Shown here: piece by piece, positions 1-12,234 of the stretch
Numbering within the stretch: the first letter of the stretch is position 1
Layout: every line of letters starts with the position of its first letter
Source: Lepidodermella squamata
Taxonomy: Eukaryota; Animalia; Gastrotricha
Direction of reading: 5' to 3'
DNA: 64,000 nucleotides
Assembly: GCA_047495785.1 (NCBI GenBank)
Contig: JBLDXI010000054.1
Coordinates: 1,612,001 to 1,676,000 of the forward strand
Made by a program: the position numbers and the translations under genes
The notes under the pieces: model-generated
The model's input: only the letters and a program-made list of their open reading frames with translations
What the model was told of the DNA's origin: nothing
Databases searched by the model: none

Positions 1-1143
1 CTGACCAGTCCAACCAGATTTGCAAGCACATTTGTTGCCTACGACGCAATCGCCATTCACACAGGCTGGGTTGCATGCGAATTTGAAAGGATAAACCCGA
101 AGATCGAATAATCGCACTGGAAAATACGTGCCTTGGTTGTAAGCCGTGATAACAAAAACCGGAGAATCCATGGTAGAATCTGTTATGGGTAGAAAACTGC
201 CGAGATCCAGAGCAGTGAAAATTGCTGAACATGAAACATTGGTGCAAACGTCCATCCACACGGTGCGGCCGCCTCTAACGACAATACCAACGTGATGCCT
301 GTTTTTTATCGTGTTCTGAGCCAAGTTAACTTTTGGCATTGCATCTTTTGATGTATTGACAGCAGTCCTGACTGGAGAAGCAATGATCTGATACCTGCCG
401 TAGTAGCTTCTCACAAGGGCCAAGAACCCTGCGAAATTCGTGAAATTCAATGGCAAAATGCCACTAGTCCCTTTCGTATACAACAGAGAGGAGTTAGCGA
501 CAACGCCGATCCCATACTCGTCAGTGTTTTGTCCAACCGGACTGTCAACGTGCACGGTCACATTGATTGTAAAATCAGTCATCCTAAAGAACTGTTGCAC
601 CGTGAGAGTTATTGCATCAATTTAGGTGTAATGACGTTTTTACATGTTTGCTGGCCATTGTTGTGTATTCGTTCGTTTCGTTATTTGTTAGAATAATCTC
701 GTTGTCGGAACCAACAGTGGCAAAGGCTTTTGTCGATGTGTATACCCAGTTTTTATCTGCAGTTCATTTTTGTGTCAAAGTTTTTAGCTTTGAATTAACC
801 AATTACCATATACACCATCGTTCAGATATGAGAACATCGGCGAAAATTGTTCTGCATTAGTCGCCGGAACGCCAATAACTAACAGATTTTTTCACTCAAT
901 TTATAGCTGTAATAAGTCAATGAAACTTACTTTGTGAGCAATCAGCCCCAGTGAACCTTGCCAGGCAGTTACAAGTGTTTGAAGTACTGCAAAATCCTCC
1001 TCGCTCTTGACACGGAGGATTACATTCTAAAGACAACAGCTTATTTGAGACAATTCCTCGCAATTACTCAGTTACTCACGCCCCGAAGCGGAAGAGGCAA
1101 GCACGAGCACCAAGCATACAGTTGCAATGCCTTTATTTAGCAT
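1..1143 (-). CDS. Secreted EGF-repeat protein, paralogue 1 (3' part runs off the window start)
   Basis: Manual splicing: signal peptide MLNKGIATVCLVLVLASSASG from ATG 1143; EGF exon CNPPCQERGGFCSTSNTCNCLARFTGADCSQ (about 930-1028); later EGF CNPACVNGDCVVGNKCACKSGWTGQ at 1-75. Colinear with the gene at 9415-10988. Confidence 0.8.
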
Positions 1144-4100
1144 GCCTTATTTGAGCTAGGAATATAGAAACTGTCTTCCCAAAATGGTAGAAAATGACCG
1201 CGTACGTTTTAGAAGTTTCGCTGCATTTCTACACAAGTAATTCGTTTATTTTTGGTTTTTTATTTCATCATTTATTTATTATTCCCCCACAATGGCTGCC
1301 AGAAAAGTGTTTTTGCCTCTGGCAATTGGTAACGCCACCTCTCGATTTGTCGATGTGCGGTGAACACGAACGCCGCTATTCACAAAGTCACCCAATTTTA
1401 CAAGAGTTGTAACTTTCTCAATTTTGCCTATTCCTGGCTGGTCGCGTTTACATTGAAAAATAAAAGAAGTTTTTTCAGTGATAGTTGGCCCTTTCTCCGG
1501 ACATTGCATTTCTGCATTTTATGTCGACCGATATTGATTCTGCTGAATCGATCATAATCAAGTACATTGTTGTAGCAAAATTTAGCGATCGATTTGTGAG
1601 CAAGCCACCTGACGCGCTTCTTTCACCATTGACGCCGCAGGGCAAATCGCTCATTTTGTTCTGAATAGACAAAACGTTCATTAATATTAGAGTGCGCCGT
1701 ATAGTTATGGACATTAAGACTTGACTCTGAACAAAGTCGGTTGTCCTTACACCAGATAATTGAATGCCCTGCGTTACAAAAGCCTCACATTACCTCATTA
1801 ATTTTTAAGGATAACTGCGCAGATACTGGAAGCGACAGACAAATCTCTTTTGGCCTAAAATTCCAGTCCTATTACGGCCAACTTACTACTACAACCGACA
1901 GTCCGAATCCAACTGGTCGGAGGAGGGGAAGAAATGGCCATAGCATGGACGGCGTTGCTCAGGAAGCGTTGACTCAGTTTTCATTCACCCTCGTTCGAAA
2001 TGCGGAATAAATAGTTGAAAGCGGTTGTCCAGAAGCAAGAACCATCTACGGCGAAACAACCTACTACTACCGTTCTTACTGGTCTCACTCTTGACTCGGG
2101 GCTAACCATGAAGCAATGAGCACTGCTTCCGGAAGAAATAAGCCAACAAGCCAACACGGTGGTTACGCAGCAGCTACTCGGGTTGCAACATTTCCATTCA
2201 AAAACCAGCTTGGAAGTGCCTTCAAAACTTGCTTATGGCGCTTATTCGACGGCAAAATGATTGCCTGTGCCCATGCGGATCGACTGAATCGACCTTTAAT
2301 TCAGGATCGACTGGACGTAGTAGAAGATCATTGTTGCAAAATTGCCGAGGTCCAATTTATTCGTTGAATTAAATCAAAACTTGATCAGTTGAAGTTTCTA
2401 TCTGAGCCGCAAATCGGGATGTCTGATGGCTGCTGAGTGCAAAGCCTTTGATGCTGAAAAAGTTTCCATGCAGTGAAACTAAAATGATGCCTTGGTTCGA
2501 TAAAGTATAAAAGAGTCTTGATAACCCACCTTAATGACGAAACGGGGGAATCGCCGTAAACCGTACGAAAGCTGCGGCTATTGTGCAATTTTTGAGCTTA
2601 TTTCAGAATTCCTGTCGAGCCTCCTTTGCGCCGTTGTGCATTTTGATCTTAAACGACTGGACCACGTTTGATCGCTTTGCCGCGATAAAAACGGAGCTAT
2701 CCTTCTTCCCCATGATTTACAATTCTTTAAGGGTGGCTGAGCGAGCGTAGCAGAAAAGTGAGTTGCGCTGCGGAGTGAACGTAGCAGAAATCAAAACAGT
2801 GTAGCAACAACGCGTGTTTAGTAGCATTTTAACGTAATCCGTCGCGCATTCATCTAATCCGCTGCGTAAACGAGTGCTATGACGCGGCAGGCGGTGCGAC
2901 GGTCGCAAAAATAAGGGTGAACGTAGCAATTTGATCAAAACTGAATTTGGTAAAAAGTTGTTATATTATGGACGAAGCCGACAGAAATTTCTTATCTGGC
3001 GTAGACAACACTGTAACAGATAGGAAGCAAACGATCTTTCTATAGTGACTTTATTATAGCTGAATTCGCAAAGATGCGACACTCGTCCACTTTATGCCAC
3101 CTAATGCCCGTTATAAATTTAATCGTTAAAAAAAATCGACAGACAAAATATTGTCAAATTTGTTGTGTTTTGGCGGATAAATACTAGATTTCGCGGTCTA
3201 TCGAATGAGCCCAGCTAAATCTAGCAGGCTCTCATAATTAATTTTCTAGCATTTTTGAAAACAGCTGTCTTTGCAGGTTTACGGCAACTTTGCCATTCTT
3301 CTGCCGCGGTTGGCTTATCCGGAAATTTTTTGAAAATTATAAGAAAATTAGTTTTTTCATGTTGAGTATTGAGAATTGACTCTATCCGTTGATTTTATGG
3401 TCTATACCATGGAGGAATAGAAACTTGTACTACATCGTTATAGTCATTCGATTGTGCACGACGAGCGCGCTGGAGACTCAAGCGATCTGGAGATCTTAAG
3501 CGAGGAAGAGCGGGACTGCCACTGCGAGGAGGCGGGCCGCCTGCAGTTATGGTTACGCATGGGGGCGGGCGTCACGCTGTTTTAACGTAAAGACGCGCTT
3601 TACGGTTTTATATAGCAGAATTTAGGCTGCTCTTATCTGCTATAATAAGCTGTAACGCCCTGCCGGCGCCTGCGCCGCCTACTGTCTCCTGCCAAGTTCG
3701 GCAGTTTTTTAAGGCAGAATGGTCGAAATTCCTCGTTTTATCGTCGTTAAGGGTATCAAAATCTCATCATAGCGATTTTTCTCCGCAAGACTAGAGTCCT
3801 ACGGTCTTGTAACATCAAGGTCCAACAACAATAAAAATCACACCGTAAAGCGTGGCCAGGAGTGGATATCTAGGCAGGTAGCTATGACTTGGCGATGATT
3901 CACGTTTTGAATTTTACAGGTGAGCGACTGCGTCGGATGAAAAGTCGCCACAGTATATAAAACATAATAATATTTACATTTAGTCAATGTCTATACTGAT
4001 AACCGGTTTTGAAGAGGGCGAAGGCTGGCGAAAGATGGAAATCACCCACCCCTCAGTTGAAGATCCTACTTTTTCCGAAAAATTCATAATCATTAATTGT

Positions 4101-4308
4101 GTTAACAATCATGTGTTAACAAAAGTCGCAAGAGTATATAAACATACCTAAAAATACCTACTAAAAATACCTTAGTTTTTCGAGCTCTTTCCGAACAAAA
4201 TGTTTCACGATGTTCTGAAAACATGGGTTGGGTAGTCGGTCCAATTGACATGGAATTGTCCAATTCAATTTTGTTTAAATAATTCGAATAAATGTTTGAA
4301 ATAATCTG

Positions 4309-7300
4309 TAATTCGGCATTGCGGCATAATAACTGCTTTTGATTGACCATACATTTCATTGTATTATATTGCGCGCGCTAACATTTATGCTATTATGCGC
4401 TGCGCCAAAGCGCGCGTTCTGTTTATGAATATACTACGCACACATAAGAGTACTACCGTACCACTTTTTTACTTCGAGCCCTAACGAATTTGGTTTGGTT
4501 TCATTGACATTTTTTTAGATTTTCGTGGATGATGCTAATATGTTGTCAGACCATCTTATGTCATATCCCTTCATTAAAAGTCGGCCTGGGATTCGCTTAT
4601 TTTCTGCTGGCTGGTTTTTTCAGAAAACCAGTTTTTTGAGGGAAAACCTGACTTGGCTTGATGCTCTTGTCCGTCGTTAAGCAGCCGATAAATTGGTATT
4701 TCATCATAAGATGAAAATTCACTCTTGTTTGAAGAATGAGAGGCACTGAAGGGACCAATTTACGTTAATATGATATTGTTCCAATCGATGACCAATTCTC
4801 CTCCTAAAAAATTAATTGAAATTCAAGTTTGTCAGTGATAAGCAATGAATCGGTGTAATATTTTAATTTCGTGGATGATGATGAAATGTTTCCGCTTAGA
4901 ATCGAAGTTGAGGGCCAAACGGTTGATTATGTTGGGTGATAAAGATATTCTTGTGGCTAGATTATTTACAATCGCCACATACTTCTATAAAACAGGATAC
5001 ATTTTTTCAGATTCGACGGCAATTTCTGCTCATTCGGAATAATTTAGCCAGCAGTTGTTAATGATCAACCGTTAGTTCCATTTGACAGGTCCTTGGCACT
5101 GATATTCAGTGGAACAATGTAGTAGTTATCCACGAAATCCCTTAGCTACACCGATTCCAACTTGAACACTGAAAATCTCGCCTTACTGTCTTAATTCACC
5201 GAGGAACATGAACCATAGGTTAAAACTATGTCATTTTCTCGTCGATTGTTCTCTTCAGTGCCTGTCATCTTTTCCATACAGTGAATTTTCATTCAAAGAC
5301 GAAATAGTAATAAACTGGCAGCTGAAAGACGAATTCGAACATCGCGTACAGTCAACATTTTCCTATAAACTCTCGTTTTAAGAAAAAGCCAGCCTGTAAA
5401 ATCTAGAAATTCTTTGTAAACCAGTTGAACTAGGCCCTAACCATTCAAAATTCTGAAGAAAATAGTTATATAATCCTCGAAATTAAAAAGATATTAATTG
5501 AAAACCCCGCAAATCTGGCCAAAAGTCTATATTTTCCTACAAAATCTCGTTTTAAGAAAAAACCAGCCAGTGAAACGCAGCAATTTTTTATCAACCAGTT
5601 GAAACAGACCCTAACCATTCAGAATTCTGAAAAAAATAACTACATCACCCTCGTATTTAAAAAGATATTTAATGACAAATGCGCCAAATCGGCTAATACT
5701 CGAATTTCACGGTAAACGCAATTACCTATGGTAGAACTCATGTGTGCGCAGCACAGCGCTTTATTATACGTTATACGTACCTTACGTCTGATATGATAGG
5801 AGAAAACCACACGATTTACGCTGATTGCTGATGTATTTATCCATACTATAAGGCGGCGTTGCGATTTTCATCGCATTTTTAATTTCGACAAAACCATTGA
5901 TGAGAATTACTACGAATTCTTTTCAATTCTATTGAGCATCCTTGCTTGCGATGCGAGATGAGAGTGTAGAAGCGCTTACCTCAATTACCGTATATTCCGT
6001 AATAGCTTCATATACCCGTTATTTCCGCCAGTTTACAAACCCCCCTTTTAAGGTCTTTGAAAAAAAAGCCTCTTACTCGCAATAGCTACCCGGGACCTAA
6101 TTTTTAATTCAATTTTTTCGATTTTCAAAAATTTTGAAAATCGGATTTAAAAATAATTGCGCGTAATTTTTGAAATTCCATTTCTGAGGCGTTTGATGGG
6201 CATGTTTGATAGAAAATGGCGAAACATAACCGAGTGAGAGAAGTTCAGCAACGAAAATTGCCAAAGTAACTGTCGATTTCCTAGCATTCATGATTTGAAG
6301 ATAACTAACATTTTAAAATTTCAATAAATTTCAACTCGCAATCGAACGATGAAGTTCTCGATTTTGATGAAAAGCTGTTGACTTTAGTTCGTCCCGTTTA
6401 CAACCCCCTTTTTTCGAAGCCTTTTTCGAAGGTCGGCAGGGCAGTTCATCGCGGCCGGGAAGCTTTTCTCGAATGATGGCTGGAATGCGGCTGGCTACCC
6501 CTTTCCTTCGATCATGACGAATCAGCCTATTTTAGACTATTTTCAGCAAATATTCCTGTGAAATACCGTTAGCTCAAGCTCGCTTTGCTCGCGAATAAAA
6601 GCAACCTCTGGTTTGCTGGGTGCAAATTGCAAGTATTGAGCATTTTCCCTCATCTTTGTTCAATTAGTAAAGCGAAACGGCAAAACTAATTGCGTGAATT
6701 AAATTAAAGACCTCGGGAGCAATGCGGGGTTATCATTCGCGGGTCAGAACTGCGCTGAGCTATTAGGATCGCTTAGGAATGCTCAAATTGTGGCAAAACG
6801 TCGGTTTAGGCGGTTGAAGGTCGCTTTTAAGGCCTCTGTTAATTAACCGCCTTCACTAAGCGCATAGAACTCTAGCGAAAGAAAATTGGTCATGGAAAAA
6901 AGTTGCTTGCAAAAACAAAATTTGCGGCCGATGAAAGGGCATTGCCAATGTCGGTGCGGCCGGAGAAGGGCCTGTTCGTTACTGCGGCCGAAGCAAGGCT
7001 TTTCGGCCGCCAAAAATGCCAGAGGTGAAAAAAGTTTGCGGAGCACTGTATTAGCGTCTCAATCAATTCACAATATATAGTTGCCAGTAACAAGCTGCGA
7101 GGTGAACATTCATGTTTTATAACAATTGACTGCTACAAATTGCTCTCCAACAGCAAGCTTACAACAAGGCCATAGAATATTTGAAATTGGGAGAAATTCT
7201 AACCTTTTTCATTATGAAAGAAAATCAAGACTAATTTCACAAAATGATAAGATATTCGGATTCAGCGTGAAAGGTTGGGCTTGGTTGCATGCTTCAGCAT

Positions 7301-9051
7301 GACCACGGATGAAGTGGGGAATAAATTGCGGGAATAAATCTTTTTGTTAGTGCGAACGCGTGTGTGTTTGTGTGGGCTTTTTTGCAGCGCGCGCACAACC
7401 TCGCGCATTTAATACACCTTTCGACTTGCAGCGCGCAGATTTGAGAGCACACGGGCTGTTTTTAGGCGCGCGCACTCACACAGTTAAACTTTTTTACCGC
7501 ATTTCTTCCTAAATTTTGTAGTAATGAATTCCTGATTCATATTAACGCGAGCACACGCAACTTTTAGTAAAATATCGCCAATAGTCTCCTGTAAAATCGC
7601 TGAAAAACTAAACACGAATTCGAGCGTCGAGAGAACATTGTATCATTTTCATTTTTTCTGAATCAAAATTTTGACGAGAAAATTCAAACTTGAAACTTAT
7701 TTCCAATTTATACGGTGGATGATGCAGAACATTTTATGAGACTACCTAAAAGCTAAAATTGCAACCCAGCCTTCTCGATTTTCCCCTGTCTTGGTACCAG
7801 TATTTCAGATTTCTTGAAAGCTAGAAATCGTGGTTCAAATAAAGTTTTGCTCAAGATGAAGTCATAAGGGAAAGGTGAAAACGGTTTGAAGCGCAATTTT
7901 TATTGCATGTTCCAGATAGAAAACAGGTCCAGGGTTTATGAAATCTCTCCGTTTTAATAATTTGAAAGCGGCAAAAACAAAATAGAGAACTTGTAACCAT
8001 CTCACATCAGGAGATCTCACAAACCGCCAGAAACTAGGAAGATAGCCATCGATCAGATAGTTCGATCATTTTACAAGGAAAAATTACCCCAGTAAATTAA
8101 GGTGGATAGATCTATCGATTACTCAACAAGATTTTTCAGCTGGGTGCCTTCTCTCCCTCTATTATACCAAATCGCCGGCCAGCGATTTGAATATGGCCAG
8201 CCGGCCACCAAAAACGCCTCGAAAAACAGAGGAGTTTGCGCATCATTGTGGTAAGCAGTTCAACTTTGAAAAAGCGGTCTCTAGGTTCCCTATTCCAGAT
8301 TGGCTGAAAGAGGGCATCCTACCCTTTAATTACCTCGATAAATGGGCCAATATCGCCAGATCGCGGTATGAACAAAACGCAAGCTCGAATTACTAAGCTA
8401 TACAACGAAGTGGACCAAAGATCAGTGCTTTAGATTTGATTCGATTTAGACCCTCTTTTCACTGATTTAGATTTGAAATGATTGATTTAAGAAGCCCATC
8501 TTCTTGAAAATCTAGATGTTTCGTGATCATCGAGGATCATCCCTGTTTCCCTCGATAATTTCATGGGTCTGGACCCCGACCCCGTGCAGTTACCGAGGGA
8601 GCACTATGGTATCTCATTGTAATTTTCGGTTTTCAGGCTGTATCTCAATCGATTTCTCGAGATTTTATTGAAAGCTTACTACTTTAATTGGCTAGATTGT
8701 CAATATCGACGGGTTGTCTACATTAGCTGCTTTTTGCCGTATTTTTCCCCTTTTCCTTAGCGGTGACTATGATAACAAAATTAATACTGTAGTTTTAGCA
8801 TTTCACTGATTTGACATTTTTTCCACTTGATCCGCTTCAACAAAAAGAAAAAAAGAAAAAAAGCATGGTATTTCTTGCAATTAAGCTAATAAGCGTTGCT
8901 GTTTGCTGGTTTACGCTATTGCTTTATATTACACCGAACGCGCATATTGGGGCATTCGCGCGCATAATAGCATAAATGTTAGCGCGCACAATATAATACA
9001 ATAAAATGTACGGTCAGTCAAAAGCAGTTATTATGCCGCAATACCGAATTA
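4309..9051. repeat. Pair of about 92-bp inverted repeats (4309-4400 and 8960-9051), possibly the termini of a 4.7-kb non-autonomous DNA transposon
   Basis: taattcggcattgcggcataataactgcttttg...tattatgcgc matches the reverse complement of 8960-9051 with few mismatches. No transposase ORF was recognised between them. Confidence 0.6.
4608..5693. repeat. Degenerate foldback structure: inverted repeats 4608-4760 and 5243-5394, plus an about 175-bp tandem pair 5357-5693
   Basis: ggctggtttttt...atgaaaattcact...aggcactgaag recurs inverted. The unit tttcctataaactctcgttttaagaaaaagccagcc...ccctaaccattc occurs twice in tandem. Confidence 0.55.
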
Positions 9052-9414
9052 TAACTTTTTCGACTTGCTACGTTCACTCAGATTTTTGCTACGGTACTTC
9101 AGATTTGCTACATAACACCGGGTGGTGCTACACTCGCACAGATTTTGAGCGCTCGTTGCGCTTCTCCTAATTCTGCTACACTCACTCAGGTTTACGCAGC
9201 GCTTACCATTTAACTCATTCTTTAACACAGGCACTGGATTCCTTCAACTCAGCAGAAATGCGGATTCTTCATTTGATAATCGTAAAGCCATGGTACCCTA
9301 TAGCATACGCTTGCTTAAGATTAAGACTCAAGATGAAATATGAGACCAGTGAAAAAGTCTCGCTTAGTAAGATAAATGCGAAATCAAATATAGTATAATC
9401 AAGTATTGGTTTTC

Positions 9415-10988
9415 TTAATGCGAGTCATAATATTCCTTTTCGTATTGCTTTTCATTGCAATCACGCCGTGGTGTTCCATCTGGACAATCGCACATCATTG
9501 AAACGCATCGTTTCGCGTTGGCACAGTCGCACATGGCTGTTGAATGTTGAAATGTCTGCAGTAATCTGCTGCGTCTTCACAAAAGTCTTACGTTGAAGGC
9601 AATCGGGGCCAGTTTTCCATTTGTCGAAACACGTGCAAACATTTGGCGCCGTGCAATATGCTGCTCGAGAGCACACGGTGGAACCACAGATTTCTGTAAT
9701 TGACGGAATTCGGATTATAAATCATAAATAGAATCGCATCCAGTATGTCTGTCAACTTACGGTTATTACAGAACTGGCCAGTCCAGCCAGCTTTACAAGC
9801 ACATTTGTTTGTTCCAATGCAAACGCCATGCGAACAGGCATGGTTGCATAAAGGCTTAGTATTGAAATCTGAAAAACAAGAAATTGATTCTGGTATCAAA
9901 TCATGCTGTAATGGCTCACCAAGTGGATAAACTCGAAGGTCGATTAATCTCACTGCATAATGAGTGCCTTGGTTGTAAGCCGTCACAACAACGACAGGAT
10001 TATCCATTGCAGGATCTGCGATCGGGAGAACGCTGCTGATGTCAAGTGCAGTGTAGACTGCTAAACATGAAACATTTGTGCAGACGTCCATCCACAGAGT
10101 ACGGCCCTCTTTAACGACGATGCCGATGTGATGTCTACCTTTTATCGAGTTCTCGTTGAAATTTTGAGTTGGATTAGCATCTCTCGATGTATTGACGGTG
10201 GCGCTGACTGGAGAAGCAATGATTTGATACCTGCCGTACCAGCTTCTCACAAGAGCAATGAAGCCGACGAAATTTGTAAAATTCAGCGGCAATAAACCAG
10301 CGCTTCCTTTCTTGTATAAGACAGAAGAGTTGGAGACTACGCCGATTCCATATTCATCAGTGTATTCTCCAACAGGACTGTCCAAATGCATAGTTGCATT
10401 AATTGTGAAATCAGTCAGTCTGAAGACCTGTTAAGCCGTCGGAAATTTAATAATCAATCATATATTACGAAAATTAGCCTAACGTTTTTTGTGGCCATTG
10501 CTGTAAACACACCCGTTTGATTATTTGTTAGAACGATGTCATTGAACGAACCGACAATCGTAAAGTTATTTGTCGATGCATATTTCCAATTTTCCTCTGC
10601 AGTTTGAATAAAAGGTTTCAATCTATGGCTTAAGTTAAACTCTTACCATATGCTCCGTCATTTTGATAAGAAAACATTGGGAAAAATTGTCTCTGATTGA
10701 ATTGAGAAACGCCCTTGACTAAAATTTTTATAAAACCCTCTTTGTTCTGGCAAGATGACAGGTGACTAAACTTACCCTGTGAACAATCCGCTCCAGTGAA
10801 CCTCGCCAAGCAAGTACAGGTGTTTGAAGTACTGCAAAATCCTCCTCTTTCTTGGCATGGTGGGCTACATTCTACAGAATTGCCTTTAGTGTAATATATT
10901 CGCAGCAATTTAATTACTTACGTCCATAAGCAGAAGAAGAAATCACACTCACTAATAAGAAAGCAATAGCAAAATATTTAATCGTCAT
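9415..10988 (-). CDS. Secreted multi-exon EGF-repeat protein, paralogue 2 (EGF, central beta-rich domain, then EGF repeats)
   Basis: Signal peptide MTIKYFAIAFLLVSVISSSAYG; EGF CSPPCQERGGFCSTSNTCTCLARFTGADC; central ORF 9588-10391; EGFs CNHACSHGVCIGTNKCACKAGWTGQFC and CSRAAYCTAPNVCTCFDKWKTGPDC; last exon ends ...EYYDSH-TAA at 9415. GT-AG introns. Confidence 0.85.
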
Positions 10989-11269
10989 TTTTATTCAAAA
11001 GCGAGAAGTAATTCCTCGAATGATACGTCTTAAACTGTTGCGTGGGTTTTCTCACGCGACAAATGCCTATCAAGTTTTGTAGTCGCGGGCGGCACGTGGT
11101 GGCATGGTAACCTCAGATATAATGTCGATTTGGCGATGTCTGGTGAAAAGAGATGTCACGGTAAAGACAATACATAATCCAGGAAACTCCCCGCGTCCAG
11201 AACAGTCGAGGAAAACCGGGAAGCGAGTGATCCAACCCCTCCACACTCTTTCGATATAGCTTGCATCTA

Positions 11270-11875
11270 AAAATATACGTATTTCATGTTCCAAGCAGCG
11301 AGGCAATTATTCAATTTCTTCATTTTGAGCTTGGCAAGGCAAGCCAGGGAAGTGAATAACTTTCATCCTACATATCCGAGTTTCAGGAACGAACTGCAAG
11401 GTTCATACCCATATCATTAAGGCTAGGGGAATGGAATATACTTTCTGCTCATTTTATCCCGGCTCATCGGCCTTGGGTGTGACATTTATCATGCATATCC
11501 TCCATGACGGTAATAGCGACAGTGTCGTTTTGATAGATCCTATGCAAGAGAGGTTTTGGCTGGTTATCCCGGTGGAACTTTAATTTTCTAATCAAAAAAT
11601 ACCGCGACTGGTATTCCTTTTGCCAGTTGAGCCGCTTTATTGTGGCCTCCATTTAGGCCATGTTTTTCCGTCAACCTAACCAGCCTCAGTCTAGGTACAT
11701 TTCTAACGTAATATTCAGCGGTTAATCTCAAGTTTTAGATTAGAGCTTAGACGTTTCGCCGACGAACTCGTTTTTTCGGGCGCTATTTTTACTATCTTTG
11801 CGTCCGGTATCCGATATTGATTCTTGTCGAGTCGACCTAGTCTGCCAACGCAGTTTTCACACCTATCGTCATGTG
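11270..11875 (-). pseudogene. Decayed inverted GALNT copy, most similar to the neighbouring GALNT-A
   Basis: Minus-strand fragments YVRNVPRLRLVRLTEKHGLNGGHNKAAQLAKG, PLLHRIYQNDTVAITVMED, FLKLG and NEFV match GALNT-A segments in the same order, with frameshifts and large deletions. Boundaries approximate. Confidence 0.75.
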
Positions 11876-12234
11876 TAGACCGCAGCCAGCGTTGCAGCTG
11901 AATAGATAATTACGATACACCAAAAATTACGCCGCAAATTAAAATCACAAATCACGTTTAACTGGAAGAAAGCGCTGTGAAAGAAAGAAGGAAGAAGCTG
12001 TTGAAAGCGGGGGAATTGGTGCAATCCGTGAGCTTATTTTAGCATTTACGTCGTGCCGCCTATATCCTAAAGCACTGAGGAGCGTGAAAACATTCTTATA
12101 CTTGAGTGCATGCATACAATCGTGTGTACAGTTGTGTTCGCGTATACCAAAGTTAAAGGATACGTTTAAAAATGCTACCTCTTTGTATACGAAGGAAAAC
12201 AAGCTCACTATGCTGCCACGCTAAAGTTCTACAC

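Noticed and set aside
6560-6600. gctcgctttgctcgc as a Helitron/Helentron end motif
   Set aside because: A short motif alone, with no other supporting structure identified.
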